Shown: positions 42,522 to 53,116, numbered from the stretch's first letter. The stretch is 64,000 nucleotides of DNA from Halodesulfurarchaeum sp. (GCA_034520565.1 JAXHNL010000002.1:1472001-1536000); one strand, 5' to 3'. Notes: generated from the sequence alone by a model not told the origin. Program-made: numbers and translations.

Positions 42522-42926
42522 TTACGAGGGGGTCGGCTCTTCGACTTCCGAGAGGTACGCCGTGAGGTCGGTTTTGGTAATGATTCCGATGACGATCCCG
42601 TCCTCGTCGGTCACGGGAAGGTGTGAGATGTTCTCCTCGATCATCTTGTCTGCGGCGACCTGGATGTGATCCTGGGCACCGACCGTGATCACGTCGGTGG
42701 TCATGTACCGCTCGACCGTCGTCTTTGCCTTCGGTTTGCTCTCCGCGACGATGCGGATGAAGTCGGTGTTCGTGAGGATACCCTGCAGCCCGCCCTCGGA
42801 ATCCGTGACGACGATCGACCCAATCTGGTTGTCCAAGAGCGTATGTGCCGCGTCTTCGACGAACGTGTCGGGGTCTGCAGTGATCAGGTCCGCGGTCATG
42901 AGTCGTGCGACGAAAATATCTTCCAT
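42522..42926 (-). CDS. CBS-pair protein
   Basis: Two CBS repeats (GILTNTD, GIITKTD). Confidence 0.88.
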   Translation of the reverse strand: MEDIFVARLMTADLITADPDTFVEDAAHTLLDNQIGSIVVTDSEGGLQGILTNTDFIRIVAESKPKAKTTVERYMTTDVITVGAQDHIQVAADKMIEENISHLPVTDEDGIVIGIITKTDLTAYLSEVEEPTPS

Positions 42927-43113
42927 GCAATTACCTAACACGTCGTGGTGGCATTACCTTTTTTGGTCCCGGCATCGGTCGGGCGAATCGAAACCGACGC
43001 CATTTGGGGATTTCACCCGATACGAGTCGAAGATATCCGCACGTTTCGGCCCGGTGGAAGTACTCGTGCGACCGCAGATCGTCTCGGAACCGAATCGGTA
43101 CGTGGACAGCGGT

Positions 43114-43124
43114 GAAATTATATA
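43114..43124 (+). promoter_or_regulatory. BRE/TATA promoter of the cold-shock gene
   Basis: GAAATTATATA about 30 nt before the ATG. Confidence 0.55.
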
Positions 43125-43154
43125 CCAGGCCACCCAGATAGGAAGTGGAGACAA

Positions 43155-43349
43155 ATGGCAACCGGTACGGTCGCATTCTTCAACGAGCGGAAAGGGTACG
43201 GCTTCATCGAGAGCGACGAGTCCGAAGAGGACGTGTTCTTCCACATGGAAGACGTCGGCGGGCCCGATCTGGAGGAGGGCCAGGAAGTCGAATTCGAGAT
43301 CGAACAGGCAGACAAGGGTCCACGAGCGACGAACCTCACGCGGTTGTAG
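43155..43349 (+). CDS. Cold-shock protein
   Basis: KGYGFI, DVFFH, KGPRA. Confidence 0.95.
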   Translation: MATGTVAFFNERKGYGFIESDESEEDVFFHMEDVGGPDLEEGQEVEFEIEQADKGPRATNLTRL

Positions 43350-43558
43350 CCGAAGCCGCTCGTTGAGCGGTTTCTCCGACGGGGCGTTGCCCCGGACCTT
43401 CGAAACATCCCCCAGCGACGCCCCCAGGCTGCCGTATACGGTCGGCTCGTCGATTCCAGGACGTCGAGGTGGGCTGCAAAAGGCCTAAGAGCGCGAACAG
43501 CATTCGTTTAGCCAACAATGACGAACGACAACCAAGCCACGGATAGGGGGGCGGTACC

Positions 43559-44254
43559 GTGGGGGTCGAGATAGCCGAATCTCCGGTCACCGAGGAGTCC
43601 TTCGAGTCGATGGCTGCCTTCGTGTACGACTATCTGGAGGCAAGCGTCGAAAACGAAGGCGACGGTGGCCGGATGCGATGGTACCCGTGGCACTCGGCGG
43701 AGTACCGGTTCAATCACATCATGAACGTGGTGGACCTGGCCTCGGATATCGCCGAAGCCGAAGGGGCAAATGTCGACGTGGTTCGAGTGGCAGCCCTGTT
43801 CCACGACATCGCGAAGTTGGAGGCCGACCAGGACGTCCACGCCGAGGAAGGCGCCAGGGTCGCTCGCGAGTACCTCGAAAGCCGTGGGCAGGTTCCACCG
43901 TCTTTCATCGATCAGGTTTGTCGGGCAATCGAAGGCCACAGCCATACGGGCGAACTCGGCGATGTCGCCCTGGAGACCCAGTGCCTGATCGAGGCTGACC
44001 TGCTGGACAAGATCGGGGCCAACGGAATCACCCTGATGCTCCTTCGAATGGGCTACGAAGCGCGGACCCACATGGACGCCGCCGAACTCGTCCAACGGGT
44101 GCTTAACCGCGGCAAAGAAGCCAAGAAGCGCGTCGAGAGCGAGACGGCGGAGTCGATCGCCCACCGACGGCTCAAACGCGTTGCCTGGTTTCGCGAATGG
44201 CTCGAGGGCGAAGTGACAGAAATGACAGTGGACGAGGAGGCGGAGCTCAAATAA
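43559..44254 (+). CDS. HD-domain phosphohydrolase
   Basis: H..., LFHD, HA, EADLLD. Confidence 0.88.
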   Translation: MGVEIAESPVTEESFESMAAFVYDYLEASVENEGDGGRMRWYPWHSAEYRFNHIMNVVDLASDIAEAEGANVDVVRVAALFHDIAKLEADQDVHAEEGARVAREYLESRGQVPPSFIDQVCRAIEGHSHTGELGDVALETQCLIEADLLDKIGANGITLMLLRMGYEARTHMDAAELVQRVLNRGKEAKKRVESETAESIAHRRLKRVAWFREWLEGEVTEMTVDEEAELK

Positions 44255-44891
44255 TCCCGAGCGTCGTGACGGAATCCCAGAGGAAGACGATACCGAACCA
44301 GCCCAGGACGAGGGCACTCCCATAGGCGATGACTGTCCCGAACGAACTGACCGTTTTGCCGGCTCGCAGGAGGGCGGTCGGGAAGAACGTGATCCAGAGG
44401 AGGATTCCGCCGAAGAACCCGGCGATCGTCAGCAGCCCGTTCGTGGCGAGCAACGAGTATCCGAAGGCTTCGATGGTACCCGGGTCTAGCAACCCCACGC
44501 TGGCGGTCAGCCACCACGTGATCTGGTAGGGATTCGTGATTGCGAGCGCGAAGGCCTTCCCGAAGCCGGCGCGGTCCGATCCGTTCCCGTCCTCGAAATC
44601 ACCACTTCCGATCGCTGCTCCATAGGCGAAGTAGAACATCAGGAGCCCGCCGATTCCCACCATGACGCCGCGCAGCGTCGGCGCGTCACGAATGAAGGCG
44701 ACGACCCCGGCTGCGGCAAGCAGAAAGAAGAGCGCGTCTGCACTCATCGCGCCGAGTCCGGCCGAAAAGCCTGCACGCCAGCCCCGGTTGACGCTCTCTT
44801 CGGCGATCACGGCGTTCATCGGTCCGGGCGGTGCGGCAAGAGAGAGCCCCAGTAAACCACCGGCGACCAGCGAAAGCAACGTGACCAGCAT
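44247..44891 (-). CDS. LysE-family translocator
   Basis: PPGP, GAMSAD, TNPYQ..WW. Confidence 0.88.
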   Translation of the reverse strand: MLVTLLSLVAGGLLGLSLAAPPGPMNAVIAEESVNRGWRAGFSAGLGAMSADALFFLLAAAGVVAFIRDAPTLRGVMVGIGGLLMFYFAYGAAIGSGDFEDGNGSDRAGFGKAFALAITNPYQITWWLTASVGLLDPGTIEAFGYSLLATNGLLTIAGFFGGILLWITFFPTALLRAGKTVSSFGTVIAYGSALVLGWFGIVFLWDSVTTLGII

Positions 44892-44935
44892 ATCTGGCGG
44901 CTATGAGAGGTGGGGAGAAAAGACCAACGGGCTCG

Positions 44936-46108
44936 TCATCGCGGATTTGCCCCGAGATGACTTCTGAGCAAATCGGCACCACCCGTTCCGGTACTCACCG
45001 CAACGACTGAATCGGCCGATTCGAGTCGGTCACTTTCACTGAGCTTCTCGACTGCGGCCGGCCCAGCCGCCGCGTCCGGACTCAATTCGAGACCAGATTC
45101 GCGGGCGACCTCGACCCCCATCTCGAGAATGTCATCGTCGGGAACGGCGACCATGGTTCCCTTTGTCTCCTCGATGGCTTCGAGAACCCACGCTCCGCCG
45201 TCCGGATCGGCCCATTCCAGTTCCCCACAGACGGTATCGGGAACCGCAACTGGTCGAATCGAGTCGCCGCTCCGGTGTGCATTCACTATCGGCGCACAGC
45301 CGGACGGTTGGACACCGACGAGTCTTGGGAGCTTCTGCAGAATTCCATGCGCCTCGAGAGTACACAGTCCCTCGTAAATCCCGACCAACGTGACGCCGCT
45401 TCCGGTCGGGACCACGATCACGTCCGGAGGCGTCGGGAGTTGGGCCACGATTTCGAAGGCAATCGTCGTCGCACCGAGGTATCTGAACGGGGTTTCGAAA
45501 GCCCCGATCGGGTGCCCAATATCTCCCTGTTTCCGCGCCGTCGCCAGTTCAGCCTGCACATCGCCGAGCCGCCCCTGAACGACAGTCAGGTCGATTCCGT
45601 GTACGTTGCACATCGCCTTCGTCTCGAACGGGGCTCGAGCGGGGACGTATACCGAACCATCGAGTCCAGCTCGTGCCGCGTACGCCGCGAACGACTGCCC
45701 AGCGGCTCCCGGGGCGGCCAGCGAGGCCTTTTCGACTCCTCGGCGACTGATTGCTGTGACCGTCAGCGCCAGTTCCCGATCGGCGACCGAACCCGTGGGG
45801 TTTTGCCCCTCGTCCTTGATCCAAAGCTGGTCAATGCCGAACTCCTCGGCCAGATCTGGGCTCGAAACGAGCGGGGTTCCACCTTCGCCCATCGAAACCG
45901 TATCCGGTCCGCCGAAAGGCAGCAGTCTTTCGAAGTCCCACATCGAGGTTGGCGGTTGGTCGAAGCGATTCGACGGTGGGCCGTCTTCCGGGCGGGAGGC
46001 CTGCAAAACAGCTCCACACTCCGGGCAGCGTCCGGGCAGCGAGTCCATCCCGGGTGACGCGCCGCAAGATCGACAGTCGAACCGCCCGTCCGAGTTCTCG
46101 GACTCCAT
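44936..46108 (-). CDS. Threonine synthase-like fold-type II protein lacking the PLP lysine
   Basis: Zn ribbon, MGEGGTPL, KDEGQNPTGSVADR, VPTGSG, VQPSGCAP. Confidence 0.8.
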   Translation of the reverse strand: MESENSDGRFDCRSCGASPGMDSLPGRCPECGAVLQASRPEDGPPSNRFDQPPTSMWDFERLLPFGGPDTVSMGEGGTPLVSSPDLAEEFGIDQLWIKDEGQNPTGSVADRELALTVTAISRRGVEKASLAAPGAAGQSFAAYAARAGLDGSVYVPARAPFETKAMCNVHGIDLTVVQGRLGDVQAELATARKQGDIGHPIGAFETPFRYLGATTIAFEIVAQLPTPPDVIVVPTGSGVTLVGIYEGLCTLEAHGILQKLPRLVGVQPSGCAPIVNAHRSGDSIRPVAVPDTVCGELEWADPDGGAWVLEAIEETKGTMVAVPDDDILEMGVEVARESGLELSPDAAAGPAAVEKLSESDRLESADSVVAVSTGTGGADLLRSHLGANPR

Positions 46109-46219
46109 AGGAGAACTGGACCGGGGACGCCTATGAAACGTTGGGCTCCGGGCCGAGCCAGTATCGACGCGTCCGATCGCCCCTCGAATTGAAAGCACTG
46201 GCACGAGTTGGGCACCCAT

Positions 46220-47557
46220 ATGACACACCGGACGGTCATTATGGGAGCGGCGGGACGGGATTTTCACGACTTCAACGTTTGCTTTCGCGGTGATCCGGAC
46301 CGCGAGGTGGTTGCGTTCACGCGGGCCGATTCGCAAAACGTCGGCGAACTCGAGAACGGACCCGAACGCGTGTATCCCGCTTCGCTCGCTGGTGAGGGGT
46401 ATCCCGACGGAATCCCGATCTATCCCGAGACCGAACTCGAGTCACTCATTCGGGACTTTGACGTCGACGACGTCGTCTTCTCCTATTCGGACGTGTCCCA
46501 CGAACACGTCATGCAACGGGCGTCGAGAGCGATCGCCGCGGGCGCGAACTTCCGGATCATCGGGACCGAAATGATGCTCGAAGCGAACGTCCCGGTCGTG
46601 GCCGTCGATGCGGTTCGGACGGGGTGTGGCAAGTCCGGCGTGTCCCGCAGACTCGCCGACATTTTGAGCGAGTTCGCGCAGGTCGCGGTCGTTCGAGAAC
46701 CCATGCCATATGGCGAATTATCGTCGACCGTCAGGCGGTTCGATTCGATCGATGCACTCGACGAGGCCGACGTGACGATCGAAGAGCGGGAGGAGTACGA
46801 GCACCACATCACGGCCGGACATGCGGTCTATTCGGGCGTCGATTACGAGGCTGTCCTCGAGCGCGCGGAAGCGGACGCCGAGGTCATCCTCTGGGACGGT
46901 GGCAACAACGAACTCCCGTTTTTCGTCCCCGACCTCCACGTGGTTCTCGCCGATCCGCTACGGGCCGGCCACGAAATTCGGTATCACCCGGGCGAAACCA
47001 ACCTCCTCCTGGCCGATTACGTCCTCATCAACAAGGAAAACTCGGCGAGTGAAGGGGCGATTCGGGAGGTCGTCTCGAACGTTCGCGATCGGAATCCCGA
47101 TGCGGGTATCATTCACGCGGATTCGGTTATCGCGGTCACCGAACCCGACCGGATCGCCGGAAAGCGAGTCCTCGCCGTCGAAGACGGTCCCACGGTTACC
47201 CATGGTGGTGCCAGTGAAGGGGCCGCGGCGATCGCTGCGCGCACGTACGATGCCGACGAGATCGTGGATCCGCGGCCAGGGGCAGTCGGATCGATTCGGC
47301 GGACCTTCGAATCGTATCCACACCTCGGTCGCGTGCTCCCCGCAATGGGCTATTCGCCCTCGCAACTCGCCGACCTCGAGGAAACGATCGCCGCTGCAGA
47401 CGTGGATCTGGTGCTTTCTGGCACTCCCATTGACCTCGGGCGGATCGTCGACGTCGACGTCCCGATTCTCGACGTCACCTACGAGGTCGAGGAGCGAGGA
47501 CATCCGACCTTGCGATCCATCGTCGAGGCACACGCGACGGAACTTGGACTCGAGTGA
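46220..47557 (+). CDS. Arginine synthetase ArcE-like / cDPG-synthetase-family P-loop protein (COG2403)
   Basis: MGAAGRDFH, YSDVSHEHVM, RTGCGKS, TIEEREEYE, WDGGNN, YHPGE, EDGPT, PAMGY. Confidence 0.8.
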   Translation: MTHRTVIMGAAGRDFHDFNVCFRGDPDREVVAFTRADSQNVGELENGPERVYPASLAGEGYPDGIPIYPETELESLIRDFDVDDVVFSYSDVSHEHVMQRASRAIAAGANFRIIGTEMMLEANVPVVAVDAVRTGCGKSGVSRRLADILSEFAQVAVVREPMPYGELSSTVRRFDSIDALDEADVTIEEREEYEHHITAGHAVYSGVDYEAVLERAEADAEVILWDGGNNELPFFVPDLHVVLADPLRAGHEIRYHPGETNLLLADYVLINKENSASEGAIREVVSNVRDRNPDAGIIHADSVIAVTEPDRIAGKRVLAVEDGPTVTHGGASEGAAAIAARTYDADEIVDPRPGAVGSIRRTFESYPHLGRVLPAMGYSPSQLADLEETIAAADVDLVLSGTPIDLGRIVDVDVPILDVTYEVEERGHPTLRSIVEAHATELGLE

Positions 47558-47590
47558 GCCACCGGGGGTTTGGCTCAGTCGATCAAGCCT

Positions 47591-48469
47591 TCAGGTGTCG
47601 AAAAGCGTGTGAAGGATCGCTTTCTGAACGTGTTTGCGGTTTTCGGCCTGGTCGTAGACGATGGAGTTCTCGCCGTCCATCACGGCCGCACTCACCTCCT
47701 CTCCGCGATGGGCCGGGAGACAGTGCATGAACGCAGCGTCGTCGCTTTCGGCCAGCAACTCGGTTGTGACTTGGAACCCATCGAAGGCGGCCCGTTTGGC
47801 CTCGTCGTCGCCCATACTCACGAAGACATCGGTGTAGACAGCTTTGGCACCGGTGACCGCTTCGGCCGGATCGTTCGTGACGATCACGTTGGCGTCAGCC
47901 ACGCGTTCCCGAATCTCCTCGTCGGGTTCGTAGCCCGGCGGGGTCGCAATGCGACAGGGGATGTCGAGTGTCGCACAGAGTTGCATCAATGAGTTCGCGA
48001 CGTTGTTCCCGTCCCCGACGTACGCGAGCGGTCCGTCGTCGAGTCCGTTCTCCCGGAGCGTATAGCCATCCGCGAGCGCCTGACAGGGGTGAAGCTTGTC
48101 CGTGAGGCCGTTGATCACCGGAACGTCAGCACCCTCGGCCAGTTCGAGAAGCGTCTCGTGCTCGAAGAGACGGGCCATGATACCACCGGCATAGCGGGAG
48201 AGTACAGCCGCCGTGTCTTTGAGCGACTCACCTCTCGAGATTTGGGAGTGCTCTTTCGAAAAGTGAATCGCGTGCCCGCCGAGTTCCGTCATTCCCGCTT
48301 CGAAGGAGATGCGGGTCCGGGTCGATGGCTTGGCAAAGAGCATCACGAGGCTCTCGTTCTCGAGTGACTCGCCGAACTCGTGAGGGTCGGACTTCATCCG
48401 GTCCGTCAATTCGTACAACTCCTCGATGGTGGCTTTTTCGAGGTCGTCGATGTCGAGCAGGTGGTTCAT
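47591..48469 (-). CDS. argF: Ornithine carbamoyltransferase
   Basis: STRT, HPCQ, DVFVSMG, HCLP. Confidence 0.95.
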   Translation of the reverse strand: MNHLLDIDDLEKATIEELYELTDRMKSDPHEFGESLENESLVMLFAKPSTRTRISFEAGMTELGGHAIHFSKEHSQISRGESLKDTAAVLSRYAGGIMARLFEHETLLELAEGADVPVINGLTDKLHPCQALADGYTLRENGLDDGPLAYVGDGNNVANSLMQLCATLDIPCRIATPPGYEPDEEIRERVADANVIVTNDPAEAVTGAKAVYTDVFVSMGDDEAKRAAFDGFQVTTELLAESDDAAFMHCLPAHRGEEVSAAVMDGENSIVYDQAENRKHVQKAILHTLFDT

Positions 48470-48628
48470 GTCGAATGACCTCCATGGCGACTGCGAGGGT
48501 CAGTTGCCGGAACAGTCGGGTCCATGACCCACGATAACTCCCGAACGATAAAAGCTCACAGGGAATCGGGCCGATGTCGCATATCGAAACCACAACTGCC
48601 TTTATCCGCCGGTCGCCGAGGGAGTACC

Positions 48629-49423
48629 ATGACGGATACATCGACGCGGTTCGACCGGCGGAATTTCTTGAAAGCGACAGGGGCAGTCGGTGCTGTCGCC
48701 CTCACGGGTACGGCTGGCTGTCTCGGAGGCGGCGATGATTCGGACATGTCGATCGTCGCGGGAACGGCTCCGGGTTTTCCCCCGTTCGAAATGAAGGACG
48801 GCGAAACGCTGGAGGGGTTCGACATCGACCTCCTCGAAGCCGTCGTGGCCGAGACCGAGTACGAGCTGACGGAGTGGGCGGAGTTCGGGTTCGATTCGCT
48901 CTCCCCGGCGCTTCAGAACGGAAAGATCGACGTGATCGCCGCCGCGATGACGATCAACGACGAACGGGACGAGACCATCGATTTCACGGACCCCTATTAC
49001 GACGCGAACCAGGCTGTCCTCGTGGCGAGCGACCGGGACTTCGCTCCCGGATCGATGAACGACCTCGAGGGACGGACGATCGGCGCCCAGAAGGGAACGA
49101 CCGGGGAGAGCGTCGTCGAATCGGACCTTATCGAGGCGGGAATCGTCGCCGAAGGTGATTACAACAGCTACGGAAACTACGTTCTCGCCGTCGAGGACCT
49201 CGTGAACGGAAACGTTGACGCCGTGGTCCTCGATACCCCCGTGGCGGATTCCTTCGTCGCCGAGCGTGCAGTCGAGATCGCGTTCACCAAGGAAACCGGT
49301 GAACAGTACGGCTTCGGGGTTCGCGACGGTGCGGCGGATCTCCAATCCGCCCTCAACGACGGACTTGCGACAGTCAAGGAGAACGGAACCTACGACGACA
49401 TCGTCTCGACCTGGTTCAAGTAA
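48629..49423 (+). CDS. Polar amino acid ABC substrate-binding lipoprotein
   Basis: Tat RRNFLK, AGC; PPFE, GFDID, GAQKGTT. Confidence 0.92.
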   Translation: MTDTSTRFDRRNFLKATGAVGAVALTGTAGCLGGGDDSDMSIVAGTAPGFPPFEMKDGETLEGFDIDLLEAVVAETEYELTEWAEFGFDSLSPALQNGKIDVIAAAMTINDERDETIDFTDPYYDANQAVLVASDRDFAPGSMNDLEGRTIGAQKGTTGESVVESDLIEAGIVAEGDYNSYGNYVLAVEDLVNGNVDAVVLDTPVADSFVAERAVEIAFTKETGEQYGFGVRDGAADLQSALNDGLATVKENGTYDDIVSTWFK

Positions 49424-49431
49424 GGAAGACG

Positions 49432-50124
49432 ATGTCGGGTTCCATTTGGGGCGCATTGCTCTTGCAAACGGGGGACTGGCATTTCGTCCTCCAGAACCTG
49501 GACTATCTTGCCGGGGGGCTCGCCCTCACGATCGAACTGACGATCGTGGGTATTCTGCTCGGATTCCTCACCGGGTTCCCTGCCGGCATCGTCGAAGTGT
49601 ACGGAACCCAGTGGCTTCGCAAGCCAGTTCGCATCGTCGGAACTGTGCTACGAGGGACGCCGCTCGTCGTGATCCTCATATTCGCCTACTTCGTCTTCCC
49701 CATCGGAAGCGCGTTCCTCGCCGCGGTCCTCGGACTCGGGCTCCGGAGCGGGGCCTACCAAAGCCAGATTTTCAGGGGCGCGCTCGGCTCGATCGACGAG
49801 GGTCAGATGGAAGCCGCCAGGTCGATCGGAATGAGCCGATTCGAGGCGATTCGGCACGTCATCGTGCCACAGGCACTTCGGCGGTCGATGCCGGGATTTC
49901 AAAACGAGTTCACGATCGTCCTCAAGGACACGTCCCTCGCCATCGCCATCGGCTTTGCCGAACTGCTCACCCGGACACAATACCTCTTCATCCAACAGAC
50001 GACGGCCGTCCTCGAACTGATCTTGTTCGTGAGTGCGATCTACTTCGTTTTGACCTTCGCGACGAATCGGGCTCTCGACAGGCTCGAATCGAAGTTTGCC
50101 ATCCCGGACGGTGATTCATCATGA
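49432..50124 (+). CDS. Amino acid ABC permease
   Basis: RGTP, GQMEAA, KDTSL. Confidence 0.92.
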   Translation: MSGSIWGALLLQTGDWHFVLQNLDYLAGGLALTIELTIVGILLGFLTGFPAGIVEVYGTQWLRKPVRIVGTVLRGTPLVVILIFAYFVFPIGSAFLAAVLGLGLRSGAYQSQIFRGALGSIDEGQMEAARSIGMSRFEAIRHVIVPQALRRSMPGFQNEFTIVLKDTSLAIAIGFAELLTRTQYLFIQQTTAVLELILFVSAIYFVLTFATNRALDRLESKFAIPDGDSS

Positions 50125-50879
50125 GTGGCCCACTCCTACGGATCGACCATCTCAAGAAAAGTTACGGCGACGAGGACGTGTTGCACGATATCTCCTTCGA
50201 AATGGAGGAAGGGGACACGTACGTCCTGATCGGACCGAGTGGTAGCGGCAAGTCGACGCTCCTCCGGTGTGTCAATCGACTCACCGAACCGGACGCCGGC
50301 GACATCTATCTCGATGGCGTTCTCACCAGCGATCCGGCCTACGACGTCGACGAACTCCGTCGGCAGGTCGGGATGGTGTTCCAGGATATCAACCTGTTCG
50401 CCCACCTTACCGCCCTGGAGAACGTGACACTCGGTCTCGAGGAGGTCGTCGGGATGGATGCCGAGAGCGCGGAGGCCCGGGCGCTGGCCGAACTCGAACA
50501 GGTCGGTCTGTCCGATCAAGCCGACTCCTATCCGGCTGAACTCTCCGGCGGGCAGCAACAGCGAGTCGGAATCGCCCGCGCGCTGGCGATGGACCCGAAA
50601 CTGGTCCTCTTTGACGAACCGACGAGTTCACTCGATCCGGAACTCACGGGGGAGGTCGTCGAAGTCATGCGGGAACTCGCCCGGGAAGGGATGACGATGC
50701 TCGTGGTCACCCACGAGATGGGATTTGCACGCACGGCTGCGACACGGATGCTCTTCCTCGAGGACGGCAGACTGGTCGAACAGGGGCCACCCGAACAGCT
50801 CTTCGACGATCCTCATACCGACCGAACGGGGGAATTCCTCAAGCGGATCACGGAAGCCGAATCGACGGGGTCGCGCTGA
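50121..50879 (+). CDS. Amino acid ABC ATP-binding protein
   Basis: GPSGSGKST, LSGGQQQR, FDEPT, HEMGFA. Confidence 0.94.
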   Translation: MSGPLLRIDHLKKSYGDEDVLHDISFEMEEGDTYVLIGPSGSGKSTLLRCVNRLTEPDAGDIYLDGVLTSDPAYDVDELRRQVGMVFQDINLFAHLTALENVTLGLEEVVGMDAESAEARALAELEQVGLSDQADSYPAELSGGQQQRVGIARALAMDPKLVLFDEPTSSLDPELTGEVVEVMRELAREGMTMLVVTHEMGFARTAATRMLFLEDGRLVEQGPPEQLFDDPHTDRTGEFLKRITEAESTGSR

Positions 50880-50880
50880 A

Positions 50881-51780
50881 ATGGCAAGCGCCCAAGAGGA
50901 CTTCAGGACGCCGGGAATCGAGGTCTCCATCAGGGGTGGGATCGCTCTCGTCCCCTATGCCGTATTCTGGGGCTGGCTTCTCTCCCGGTGGCTGAACGAC
51001 TTCGTCTTGCCAGCGGGTGTCGGGGTGGAACCTGGGACGCCATACCTCGATCCCGCGATGTTCGAGCCGATTTCGGAATCGCTGGCATTCGCCATCACGT
51101 ATCTCCCGGAACTCGCCGCCGGCGCGTGGGCCACGCTGGTCATCACGCTTGCCTCGATCACGTTTGGATTCATCATCGCCGTGCCGGTGAGCGTTGCGCG
51201 AGTCTACGGACGATACACCGCGTGGGTGTCGCTGGTCTTTACCGAACTGATCAGGGGGACGCCACTGCTGGCACAACTGTTTGTCCTCTACTACGGCCTC
51301 CAGCTTTCCTCCTGGATCCGTGAACTTCCGCTGGTTGGCGAAGGGATCCTTCCGGGGCAGGCCTTCCTGATCGCCATCATCGGTTTCACGATCAACAGTG
51401 CGGCCTACCAGGCCGAATACATCCGCTCTGCGCTGTTGTCCGTCGACCGTGGCCAGTTACAGGCCGGGCGAGCCATCGGCCTCTCGCGGCTCGGCGCGAT
51501 TCGACACGTGGTCCTTCCACAGGCGCTCCGATTTGCGATCCCGGGATGGTCGAACGAGCTCGTCTATTTGATCAAGTACTCCTCCCTTGCGGCGTTTATC
51601 ACCGTCCCCGAGCTCTTCGAGATCGGGCGCCAAATCGCCTCCAGCAACCTCCAGCATACGGCGGTCTTCACGCTCGTCGCACTTTTTTACCTCGCGATCG
51701 TCATTACGGCCTCGAACGTCATGGGGGCGGTCGAACGGCGCGTTCGTCTCCCCGGGTTGGGTGGTGGAACGAACCGCTAA
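50881..51780 (+). CDS. Second amino acid ABC permease
   Basis: RGTPLL, AYQAE, KYSSL. Confidence 0.92.
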   Translation: MASAQEDFRTPGIEVSIRGGIALVPYAVFWGWLLSRWLNDFVLPAGVGVEPGTPYLDPAMFEPISESLAFAITYLPELAAGAWATLVITLASITFGFIIAVPVSVARVYGRYTAWVSLVFTELIRGTPLLAQLFVLYYGLQLSSWIRELPLVGEGILPGQAFLIAIIGFTINSAAYQAEYIRSALLSVDRGQLQAGRAIGLSRLGAIRHVVLPQALRFAIPGWSNELVYLIKYSSLAAFITVPELFEIGRQIASSNLQHTAVFTLVALFYLAIVITASNVMGAVERRVRLPGLGGGTNR

Positions 51781-51841
51781 TCCCGCGTCGGGATTGCGAT
51801 GACCCATATTGTTTTGCGAACGCCGCGCGAAATGTGCGCTT

Positions 51842-53116
51842 ATGACCGCTACTCGAGTCGTTGTCGTCGGCGCGGGACTTGCGGGGCTCGAGACCGCACG
51901 ACTACTTGCCGCTGACGGCTTCGACGTTCAGGTTTTCGAGGCTGCTTCGACCGTCGGGGGACGAGTGCGTACGAAGCAGGTCGAGGGGTTTACGATCGAC
52001 CGGGGGTTTCAGGTGCTGTTTACGGCCTATCCCGAGGTCGCTCGCTCGCTTTCCGTGGAGGCACTCGAGTTACAGCGATTTCCGCCGGGAGCGGTCGTCT
52101 GTCGGTCGAATCATCGAAGCGTGGTTGCGGATCCACTCCGCGATCCGTTCAGGGCGATCGAAACGGCCTTTTCGCGAGATCTGACGCTCGGAGACAAGTT
52201 CCGTATTCTCCAACTTCGCCGTGCGCTGTCGGGCCGGTCCCGGGCCGAAATTTTCTCGGGCCCGGACGAGACGATCGAATCGTATCTGCGAGGCCAGGGG
52301 TTTTCGAATCGGTTCGTCGAGTCCTTTGCCGCACCGTTTTACGGGGGAATCACGCTCGATCGGTCCCTTCAGACCTCGAGCCGCGTCTTCAAGTTCACGT
52401 TCCGGATGCTCACGGAGGGGGCAGCGGCGGTCCCGGCGGCGGGGATGCAGGCGATACCCGAACAACTCGCCGATCGGGCCCACGAGTTCGGTGCGAGGAT
52501 CGAAACCGACACGCCCGTCGAATCGATCGACGGGGCTGGGCCGGTGACTGTCGACCTCGGCGGGGAATCCGTCACCGCTGACTCGGTCGTTATCGCGGCT
52601 GGACCGGCGGAAAGCAAGCGACTAACGGGGGTGGACTCGATTCCGACCACCGGGAAATCGGTCCGCACCCAGTACTTCGAGGTCGCAGCGGACAATCCGA
52701 TCGCGGAGCAACCGCGAATTCACCTCAACGCCGATGGGGGCGTGCCGAATCTGGCCGTGAGTCTCTCTGCTGTCGCCCCGTCCTACGCCCCTGCTGGGCG
52801 GGCACTGCTTGCAGCCAGTACACCGGGTGAACCGGAGCTCGATCCGGAGACCCAGGCGGATCGGACCCGACAAACAGTCGCTTCGTGGTACCCCGCGGCC
52901 TCCTTCGACGACCTTCGCCTGCTCGAAACGGTGGATGTCCCGTTCGCCCAGTACGCACAACCGCCGGGAATTCACGAGTCCCTTCCGGCAGTTTCGGCGC
53001 CCGAGGGATCGGTGTTCCTCGCCGGCGATAGCACGACCGATTCGTCGATAAACGGGGCACTGATGAGTGCCAGACAGGCAGTGAGTGAACTGCTGAGTTC
53101 AGAGGTGGGACTGTAA
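51842..53116 (+). CDS. FAD-dependent amine-oxidase-family oxidoreductase
   Basis: GAGLAGL, GGR, DRGFQV, LAGD, SINGA..S. Confidence 0.88.
   Translation: MTATRVVVVGAGLAGLETARLLAADGFDVQVFEAASTVGGRVRTKQVEGFTIDRGFQVLFTAYPEVARSLSVEALELQRFPPGAVVCRSNHRSVVADPLRDPFRAIETAFSRDLTLGDKFRILQLRRALSGRSRAEIFSGPDETIESYLRGQGFSNRFVESFAAPFYGGITLDRSLQTSSRVFKFTFRMLTEGAAAVPAAGMQAIPEQLADRAHEFGARIETDTPVESIDGAGPVTVDLGGESVTADSVVIAAGPAESKRLTGVDSIPTTGKSVRTQYFEVAADNPIAEQPRIHLNADGGVPNLAVSLSAVAPSYAPAGRALLAASTPGEPELDPETQADRTRQTVASWYPAASFDDLRLLETVDVPFAQYAQPPGIHESLPAVSAPEGSVFLAGDSTTDSSINGALMSARQAVSELLSSEVGL

Noticed and set aside
19478-43000. Integrative element or provirus at tRNA-Gln
   Set aside because: No integrase, transposase or viral gene, and no duplicate of the tRNA 3' end found by eye
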